Below the pieces are notes generated by a model. It searched no databases. It was not told the origin of the DNA and saw nothing but the letters and a program-made list of their open reading frames with translations. Source: Octopus vulgaris (taxonomy: Eukaryota). From it: a stretch of 64,000 bases of DNA. This document shows positions 51,407 through 64,000 of this stretch, piece after piece. Position 1 is the stretch's first letter, and every line of letters starts with the position of its first letter. The stretch is taken from NCBI GenBank assembly GCA_951406725.2, contig OX597831.1, positions 17,794,001 through 17,858,000 on the forward strand. The letters are read 5' to 3'. The position numbers and the translations under genes are program-made.

Positions 51407-53795
51407 CTAATTATTGTAGGTTTTGTATAATACACACTTGCAGTCTCTCCTTTCCACATGAAATCTCAATTCGCGGTCGCAGATGTTTAATGCTACTAAC
51501 ATGCACATCTTCCAAGTGGCGCAGGTCACTCCATCTGTAATGCAAAAATATAATTCGTTTTTATTTCGTCTAAGAAACTAATCATTTTCATAATCGTAGA
51601 AGGATTTCATACATACCATCCACCATTATATACATCCAGAAAGCCGAATTATTATATTGTGGAAACTGAGGTTGAATCATAAAATTGCTGTATATGTCAA
51701 GCGAGAAGCTCCTGAAGTAGATGAAGGGTACTGATGGACTCGGATTATTTTGGAAGACATTTTTTATTTCTCGAAAACAGAAGTTACATCTTTCATGCTC
51801 GTTCAAATATCCTGCAGAAGATCGACAACGGCTTCATCCAGGCATTCGTTATTGATATTGTAATAACTAAAGAGTCCACTTTATCAATGACGTATTCTTA
51901 AAGGCATCCAGCCCATGCTGCTGTTATAGTTATTCAGAATTTCCTTTCAAATGTCAACCGACATTTTCTCTATTGTTGTTTCTCGTTCATAGCATAGTCA
52001 GAATTTGTAGATATAAATTTTGCCTGTCTTGTGTCAAATAAACATTTTAAATCTTGGTAATTTTGGAGGTAAATAAATGCCTGATACGATTTGTGCGATT
52101 TGGTGAATATTATGCAGTAATGGGTGCTGTTCTGAAAATAATTCTCAGAAGGGCACTTGGGTGATTCAAAATATGCATAATGCATAATCTAGGATTAACT
52201 GATATTTGATAACCCAAAATTAATATATATTAACCCTTAATCCATGGGATAATTACGTGTGTGTGTGTGTGTGTGTTTGTTTGTATGTGGGGAATATTTG
52301 CTTGTGTGTGTGAGTAGGCGTGCGTTTAAAAAAGATATTTAAAAATGAGACAATTTTGTTGTCTCATGTAATTTCTTCTACAATTATAAAACAGAATATC
52401 GTTCCTTTTATCTCTATTAGCAAAACCCAGTTTGATCCATTCTCACTTCTGCATTTAATGAGTTTTCTTCTCTTAAAGATACATCATAAGAGCTTGAGGC
52501 ATAACATTAATGGTCGTACAGTCAGGGTCTACTCAATTTAATCTTATTTTTCGTAAGAGTATAGATATTTTCATTAATTTCATTGTTCGATCCAGCATTA
52601 TAGATTCTGTTGAAAAGGTCTGTGGGTTAGTCAATAAAATAATCGTCTAATATTACATATTACAAATGCGACAAGCATATGGGCTTTACCTTCAAATATC
52701 TATTTACTCATTTATTTACTGATAGCTTGGAGTTTTCTAGGGATTACAATCCCAAATACAATTACATGGATTGTAAGATTTTCTCGAGGCTTTCATCCAC
52801 AATAATTGCCTTACTTTCTCAATGCATATATTAATGATCACAATCATAAATGCAAATTTCCTCGTTTGAGTAAATAACTCCCATTTTGGAAATTATCGTT
52901 TCACTCTCTGACAGTTCTCGGAAATATTTATACATTCTACTTTCGATGTTTCTGCCGAGATTCTCAATGTGAACAGATTCTCTTTCGAGCGAACATGACT
53001 CAAACATACTGCATGTACTTTGAAAGAAGTTTTGTTGTGATTATAATTCTTAAGACCACAGTTCACTGTGTTTAGCGTTCAAACATTAATTAGATTATTT
53101 CCAATCATTGGCTACCAGACTTAGTTTTGGATGCTTCAAAGAAAATGCTATTATGTCACTAATTCACCAGCCACCGTATATAATAGCGTGCTCATAAAGT
53201 TTTAGTAATATCTCGTTTAGAATAAAAGGCTTTCATAATCCTTTGTTTGTTATATTGGATTCAAAAGGTAGCCATGAAAATACATCAGGTTTTACCTAAT
53301 CCAGTAGATATGAGTTGTGACGGAATGATGCGTGTTATTGCCGTACCTAAATGATATCTTAAGCGATTATATTTTCAGCGTGGCAAACCAGAATAATAAA
53401 CACATTTAAATGTATGACTATGAGGAATATGAATAAGGCTCATTAGATACTTCTATTTGCACGTGGTAACGAAAATGTCTTATAAAAGTGAAAAATGTCC
53501 AGAAAATCCAAATTAAGAAATTTAAAATTTCAAAGACATTCGTTAAAAAGAAACGGGAAAATTAAACAGAAAGATTTTATCAGGAAGAGCGAACGACAGG
53601 ATATTGAACAAGTGCAAAATGAAATCTGATGTTTTGGAGGAAAAATGTATTATGATGAATGCTATCAAGAAAATGTTAAAAATAAACACTACGTATGTGC
53701 GTGTGTGTGTATTCTTATATTTCCCGAAATATTGCAATATCTGAGGCACCAAACGGTTTCACAACGGAACATTGCAACACAAATGCAGGCTTACC

Positions 53796-53881
<86 letters not shown>

Positions 53882-54185
53882 ATATATACAAAGTGAAAGA
53901 GAGTGGGGTGATGAGAGAGAGAGAGAGCGAGAGTGAGACAGAGAGGATTATAAATAATATTTAGACAAATATCATTTAGCTAGAAATTATGAATAAATAT
54001 AAATGTATTATGTGAACTCTACAATCAAAAGGCTAGAAAGATAGATGCCTTGATTGTTATTATCATCGCCATTTTAGATACTAATGGACATGGGAATGGA
54101 ATACATAACATATATACTTACTTAAATGATATAGAAAAATAAATAGAAAATATATCATAATGACGTTGCCTGAGGTAGGATTCAT
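51407..54185 (-). CDS. Family A secreted Cys-rich peptide A3, 63 aa, two coding exons (54185-54122 and 51534-51407): [26 protein letters not shown]|[37 protein letters not shown]
   Basis: Acceptor atgcag, donor A|gtaagt (phase 1), acceptor ttacag|AT. Open frame, with a signal-like N-terminus ending V-T-C. 17 of 30 residues in the W..Y core are identical to A2. An alternative in-frame ATG lies at 54158. Confidence 0.8.
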
Positions 54186-54610
54186 CTTTCTGATCAAACT
54201 GAAGTCATCTGCATATCGCAGTTTCTTAAAGAAATAAGTATGATGTAACACATGTTTGGCTCTTAATACAGATATACGCCAACTGCTCTTCATGTTTGTT
54301 CCTAGAGATAAAATTGACATTGAATATTTCATATGGGACTTTTTCAGAATTTATTTTACGTGCATACTCGTCTTTTTCTTAAGCCGTCCTGGTTTATTAT
54401 CCTGAATTGACGCGACAGCGCCATTGAATTTAAGACCTATAATGTGTGACGTGTCACTATGCAGGCTTAACATTTGCGGAAGTGTTTATGGAAAGAGAGC
54501 AATAGACAACCAGATGTTTTCGTTCGGTTGATTGTATCTCCGTAGGACTAATGCCCTTGGTTGGTCTGGGTAGTACGATCACACGAACAGTGGAGTGTAC
54601 ACTGCTGTTA

Positions 54611-55639
54611 TCTTTAAATATATCAAACTGAGAATGGGTGTCTGTCTGTGTGTTTCCCTAAAACTTGAGAACTACACAACCAATTCCATTCAAATTTTAC
54701 ACATGCCTTACTTAGGGTCCATGTAGTTTCATGGGCAAAAGAATGTTCAACTTCTTGCCTAGAGCGAGCCCATAGCAATATCATATCTTCTCCACTATTT
54801 CAGTATTACATGTTAAATGTGAAACAAAAACGTTTCTCTATTTTATGTCAGGTACTTTCACTTTAACGATAAAATTAATAATAACAATTGAATTATATGT
54901 AGTAAGTAATAATTAAAATCAAACTAAAGTATAATATTATCGTAACATAACAATAATAAAAATAGCAATTGGTATTAAATTGCATCAATGACTTGAACTT
55001 GAATAAGTGGTTTCACATGAATGGGAATAAATTAAAAATAAAATTAGCGTGCAGAAATGGAATAGTCCAGATGGATAATAAAAACATTTAATTAAAGAAA
55101 ATACTATAGTCTATAAAGTATACAATGTAGAGAAAACAGATTTGAACATCTGGAGAAAAGCACCATCGAAATATGTCTTGGTGCGACTATGAATGGTATC
55201 TAATCAGAGGCGGTAAATTCGCCACAATAGAAGCAAGGTTCGAGTCAACGGAGCGTGGAATGGAGTACTCGACTCGAACTTGCAAAGTGGAAATATTTAA
55301 ATTTTACCTTTATGTCTGGGACGTAGGACGTCCCGGAAAAGAATTAAAAATGCACCCCTCCACCAGAAGTAGAGGTAGGCTGGATTGTAGCCACACTTCT
55401 ATACAAAAGGGAGGACAAGATACAATTGATCGAAATTACAAGAGACGAGCTAACATTTCCAGTCTGTTATATATTTTGAGTATTGTTATCACAAGCGATA
55501 TCAAGATATAACTTTGTATTTTATATGTTATGTGTAGATGTATATATATAGATGTACATGTAATATGTACACATATATATATACACATATATACATACAC
55601 TAGCACTGTGACACGGCAACGACGGGTCTTTATTGCTAG
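54611..55639 (+). mobile_element. Non-autonomous Helitron-like element
   Basis: A|TC start followed by tgtctgtctgtgtg; hairpin gacacggcaacgacgggtc then CTAG|T at 55636-55639. Confidence 0.55.
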
Positions 55640-55640
55640 T

Positions 55641-55691
<51 letters not shown>

Positions 55692-56254
55692 ATTACAACG
55701 TTATTAAATACATGCACATATATATATATATACATATGAATATTTCTTGTCCCTAATAAATATAAAAAGTTATCTATAACTCATTTATTTAATATAATTG
55801 TTGAATTATTTATTTTCTTAAATCAGCTATGGCATTTTTTCCTTGCTAAGTACTTCCCAATTCAATGTGTATTCCTTATTTTGTCCATAATTCATCTAAT
55901 TATGCTCATGTTAGATTATTTCCTCCTATCATTATCGTGCTTTCAAGCTTGGCTATCCATCTTTTGATATGATTTTCCGAGGAGCCAATGGAGTAGCAAT
56001 CCTGCCATTGCGACGTTACTTTATATCTATATAATATAAAGCTTTCTCTACAAATTTTATAATGGACATGTATTTTTTATATGTAGCTTTTATTTTAACG
56101 ACATTTCAATGTTTCCTTATTACTCCTGCCCTGCCTATTTTTCGGTGTCCAGGGTCATTTTATTATTTTTTTTGTTTTTGACTTTTGAGTCTCAGCTAAT
56201 GACTTACATTCTTCGTCTTTCCTTATATTATCAATAGTAATATATACCACTTGT

Positions 56255-59200
56255 TAGCAGTGTTGATATTGTAATGCCGACTTATTAGCCAGTGTAGGTA
56301 TTGGCCAACTCTGTCATGTCTTAATTTATACTCCACTGGTGCTAAGACTTTACATCCAGAGATTAGGTAGTCCACTGTTTCAATCATGTTGCTGCAGAAT
56401 CAGCATTTTGTGTCTGCTCCATTTTTCATCACATTGGCCTGGTAGTTCCGGGTTAATAGGCTTTGATATTGAGCAGCCACGATGAAACCTTCGCTCTCTG
56501 TTTTTAGCCCTGAGCTCCGTAGCCACTGCTGGGTTTGCTTCTGGTCAACATCAGCTTGTTTGCCACGGGCCACATATTTGCCGTGCAGAGGTTTCTCCTC
56601 CCACCTACCAGCCAATTGCTCGTGCGCTTTTTTCGTTGCCATTATTTTCACCTTCTTAGCAACAATAGTTGCCGTACTTCCCTCGGGTTGTTCAATTTGG
56701 GTATCCTGCACGAGGTCAATAGCAAATTTGTTTTCTTTCCTTTATGATAGAATGAAGCTTCTTTCGTCTCTCGTGATTTTCCACGAGCATTAGCATCCAG
56801 TCATTCGTTATTTCAAGACATTTGGCCAGTCCAATTGTGGTGGTTTTGTGAGCTAGTTCAAATTGGATCAGGCCTCGACCTCCTTGGGCTCTGGGAAGGT
56901 AAAGGCGATCTACGTCTTCCTTTGGGTGGTGCATCCTATTACAAATCAGAAGCTTCCGTATTTTCATATCTATATTCTGTACTTCACTTATATTCCAGTT
57001 CAACACATTGTATCTATTAGTAACAACTGGAACTGCTAAGGAATTTATAGCTATCACCTTGTTACGTGTAATTAGTTCAGATTTCAGGACTGCAAGAACT
57101 CTCCTATAACATTCCTTCCTGATCTTCTCTTTCATGCTTGCATGCTGAATAACAGAGCCTTCATTTATCCCTAAATATGTGTATGTTTGTTCTTGCTCAA
57201 ACTCTATTATGACTGTGACAACATCTAATACGATGAATTTGTGGTCTTCACTTTCCGTTTCTGGAAAGTGGCCTTGGCACACTTCTGAAGTCCAAACTCC
57301 ATCCCGATGTCATCGCTGAATGCTTTCACAGTGCGCAATGGGACTTCAAGTTCATTATCGTCTTTACCATAGAGTTTTAAGTCATCCATATAAAATAGAT
57401 GGCTTTTTTTTTTATTGACAATTTTATACCCATACCCTGTTCTGTTTAATTCACTTGTAACGGGCATTAGGGCTATGCAGAATATTAAAGATGAATGTGA
57501 GTCACCTTGAAAAATTCCACTGATGATGTTTATATTTTCTGAGGCAAGTACTCCATTAGAGTGGTATAATTGGAGATTCGTATTCCACAACGACATATTG
57601 TGCTTCAGGAAGTTTGAAATCACAGGGGAAATTTTGAAGATGTCCAGCGATCTCAAGATCCATGGATGCGGTATACTGTCGAACACCTATTTATAGTCAA
57701 TCCATGCGGAGCTGAGATTTCTACGCTTGTTGTGACGGTTCTCAAGGATCATACAATTAATTAGCAGTTGATCTTTGCATCCGTAAGAGCCTCGTCGGCA
57801 CCCTTTTTGTTCAATGGGGGACATATCGTCCTTCTCCATGAATGCATATGTTTTCTCCGCAAGGATAGATGTTAGGATTTTATATGTGGTGGATAGACAG
57901 GTTATAGGTCAATAGTTTTTTGGAAGGCTGGTTTCGTTATTCTTTGGGGGTAGGTAAGTAATACCACTTGCTCACCATTCAGGTATATTCTTTGTATCTC
58001 TCATAATTCCATTGAACAGCTGAACTAGCTTACCGTGTGCGCATGGGAGCGATGCGAGCCAGAAATTCGGCACGCTATCTTTACCGGGGGATTTCCAATT
58101 ATGGGCCTTCGTGAGTGCCTTTCTTAGGTCAGCTATTGTGATGTCTTCCCATGCTTGTTGTTTCAAATTTTGGTAGGATCCTTCGGTTTGTATAATCCAG
58201 TCTGCATTTATGTTGTAGGTCTTCTTGTCACTCCAAATCCTTTTCCAAAAGTTTTGAACTTCTTCCATGGGAGGGAGGTCTTTAACGGTTACTTTCTCCT
58301 TCCCTATTTCTCTGAAAAATTTTTTATTTTTTTGGCAATGGATGTGAACAGCTTATTTTGCTTGTAAAACTTGTTTCTCTTCTCAAATCTTCGTATTCTT
58401 TGATCTTTGGCTTGGACTTTTTGTTTCAGCGTTTCTTTTATTGATATCAGTTCTTCTCTTGGTGAGCATCCAAATTTTCTCTTCATCTTTCTTCCTGTTC
58501 TGGAACTTACATCATTTCCACAAATTAGTTCATTTAATATTGATATTTCCCCTCTCATAAATTCAATCACTTTTTCAATTTTACTTCTCCAGGTTTGATT
58601 TCTTCCCAGGTTTTGTTTTCACTGTTTTTTCGGGCGCAAACAGCTGGTTTCAATTGCCCTAGCATAAGCGTCAATAATTTCATTTAACTCAGTAAAATCA
58701 GGTTTTAATTCTTGTATTATTTCAATTCTTACATAGTTGCCAATTTGGATTTGTTTTTTTATTTTGGTTTGTATTTGAGAGTTTATGAAGTGGTTCTCTA
58801 TCATTCATACTTGTATGTCTTACAACTTCAAGCGTATTCAAGAGTTTCTGCCTCATTTCTGCCATAGATTCTCTGTGTTCTTCAGCAAATGCGAGATCTT
58901 CAGTTACTGTTGTTTTATCGTTTTCCTGGCTATCTTTAATAGGTTCAATAGAATTTCTTGTATCTTCAGGCCTTTGCGTACTTTGGTCAGATGGCAGTCT
59001 TTCAATTAAGCCTCGTGGCAGGCTATTCTTTTCATCTGATTCTTCATTTCCTTTGTGTCTTATATTTATGTCATTTTCCGTTGCGTGCTTGATCGCGCTT
59101 ATTTCACTGTCTGTGAGTCTGTTATTTCTGAGGATATCCCTCCTCACATTTGCCAATGTGTTCTCGTCCTAATAGGGCCTACTCTCTTGATTCCGTGTTC

Positions 59201-59430
59201 TCCATATACTGTAAGAGTTTGGTGGTTGTGGTGGTGAACTTGGAGGGCTCGAGTTGGGAGTTTCCCGTTCAATTGACCATCCATGTCCGTATTCGGAGAG
59301 GAGTTTGTGCCAGTTGTTGACTTTTCGATCCCAGGCTGGCTCTTCCCAGGGGTCGCGCTTCCAGATTAACCATAGGACAAGCGATTTGGTATACTGATTT
59401 AGTTTTCCTTTTAGTTTCCAAAAACATTTT
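56255..59430 (-). mobile_element. R4/Dong-clade LINE, copy 3 (same subfamily as copy 2; longer at the 5' end, 3' end missing)
   Basis: Near-identical peptides to copy 2, e.g. MEEVQNFWKRIWSDKKTYNINAD and YMDDLKLYGK. Confidence 0.92.
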
Positions 59431-60282
59431 GGTGCTACGATAATATTATCATTTTTGAGCTTTGATTGGCTCGTGGGGAGACGGCCATCATTGCCGTTAC
59501 AACTATAATCGTACCATTATAGCAGCCGTAGTCGGCTTATTATTGTTATTATCATCACCATTATTATCACTATTATCATTATCGCCACTATTACTATCAT
59601 CATTATCATCATCACCATCATCATCATCATCATCAATGATATTGTTTTATGCGTAGTCACAGCAGTATCTTATTATTGTTATTTTTGTTTTTTTTATCAT
59701 TATCACCATCACAGTAGTGTCTGTTTGTCTCGTTGGCTGGCTGGCTGGGAGGTTGGCTGGCTGGCTGTCTTCAACGCCAGAATTCTTGCCTGTCAAATAA
59801 TACTTTCATATTTGGTTAACATCTAAAGAGCTGAGGTGAGGTTTGTGTTGGCTGAACTCTGTGAGTGTGTGTGTGTGTGTAGATAGATAGATAGATTATC
59901 AGCACTATTACTATCATTATTATCATCATCACCATCATCAGTGATGTTTATTTATTTATTTATTTATTTATTTATATTTTTTAGGTCCCAAAAATTTCAG
60001 ATGTCTGCTACTACTTGCCGTAAGAAAAATTAAGGAAGGGCTATTCTGTATTGTTTGTGAATAGAGAAGTTGTGTTCGACCAGAGAGAATCTTAGCATCA
60101 TTATTATTATTTTTTTCCCATGTGCGTTTGTGTTAATGCAATAAAAAGTGTTTGTATATTTCGTGTAAGGTAATATTGTGGAGGTTGAAGTTGACTTTTC
60201 TAGAGATGTTTGTATGTCCAGTTAGGAGAACAGGTGTGTTTTTGCATTAAAAAGTATATGTTTACATTTATATTTGAATATT

Positions 60283-62940
<2,658 letters not shown>

Positions 62941-63099
62941 TTGTTTCCTTCTTTTTTCAAATTTTATACCGATTGTCGCCGAGTGTTTTCCATACACCTA
63001 TGACTGAGAAGGACATTTTATGCATTTCCAGACTACACGCGCGAATTCACAGACAAAATATGTATTTAAAAATTAATAAATAAATAAATTTATGGATGG

Positions 63100-63306
63100 A
63101 TGTTATTTTCACAGCGATAGTGCTCTTCTCAGTACATGAGCCGTTCCAGTTAATACGATTTTTTGCACTTCCTGTAGTGATAGTGAGCCTAGAATCATTT
63201 TCAAATAGTTTTCAGTACCTTTTCTTCACATTCCTAGAGATCCTACAATCACTGGTACTGTAGTCGCCTTGAGATGACACATTCTTTCAATTTTCACTAG
63301 CGGGTC

Positions 63307-63357
<51 letters not shown>

Positions 63358-64000
63358 GTGATCGCATTATTATTATTATGTATTAATTATCCTTATTATT
63401 ATTATTATTATTATTAATAGTATCCGGTTTATTAGCTTTTATAGTCCTGTCGGTATGTACAGGGAAGTCCCATAGAATCGACACATTTTCTCCCTCAGTC
63501 ACAGCTTCAGGATGATGTTTATACCATTTGTCAGCGGTTTTGATTTTATAATGCCGACATATTGTCCAGTGTAAATACTGGCCGACTCTGCCAAGTCTAT
63601 TGTTTCAATATCATCGTTACAGTATCTGCATTTTTGGTCAGCTCCATTTTTCATCATATTGGCTTGGTAGTTTAGGGTTAATAAGCTGTGGTCTTGTGTA
63701 GCTAATATGAAACCTTCATTCTCTGCTTTTAGCCCTGAGCTTCGTAACATTGGTGCGTGTGTTTCTGGTCGACATCAGCTTGTTTGCTACGGGCCACATA
63801 CTTGCCATGGAGAGGTTTCTGTTACCATCTGCTAGCTGAATTTTCATGTGCTTTTGTCTTTGGAATTAATTTTATTTCCTTTGCAGCAACACTTGGCGTA
63901 TTTCCTTCAGCCTGATCAATCTGGTGGGTATCTAAGAGATCAGCAGCGAATTTTTTGCTCTCTTTGAGAATAGAGTGAATTCTTTTCAGTCTTTCATGTT
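63100..64000 (-). mobile_element. R4/Dong-clade LINE, copy 5, 3' part, interrupted by (TTA)n and running off the window
   Basis: LRSSGLKAENEGFILA.QD..NYQAN..KNGADQKCRYC. Confidence 0.85.

Overview
AT-rich eukaryotic DNA, dense in microsatellites and transposons. The SINE family and repeat content suggest an octopod cephalopod (inference). Most long ORFs are microsatellite artefacts or decayed transposons: five R4/Dong-type LINEs associated with (TAA)n, an RTE LINE, CR1-like LINEs, Penelope GIY-YIG fragments with relic hammerhead motifs, Helitrons, a Chapaev3-like element, mariner relics and tRNA-derived SINEs. Between them lies a cluster of small spliced genes that the ORF track does not show. 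Two complete minus-strand genes (28916..24327 and 54185..51407) and one partial plus-strand gene (exon 1621..1739) encode paralogous Cys-rich peptides with a W-x2/3-C-x7-C-x12/13-C-x-C framework (family A); the two complete ones have signal peptides. Each is followed downstream by a second, mostly pseudogenised small secreted-peptide gene (family B), so an A-B cassette appears to have been triplicated, with one copy inverted. All gene models were assembled by eye from splice sites and paralogue comparison and need transcript support.
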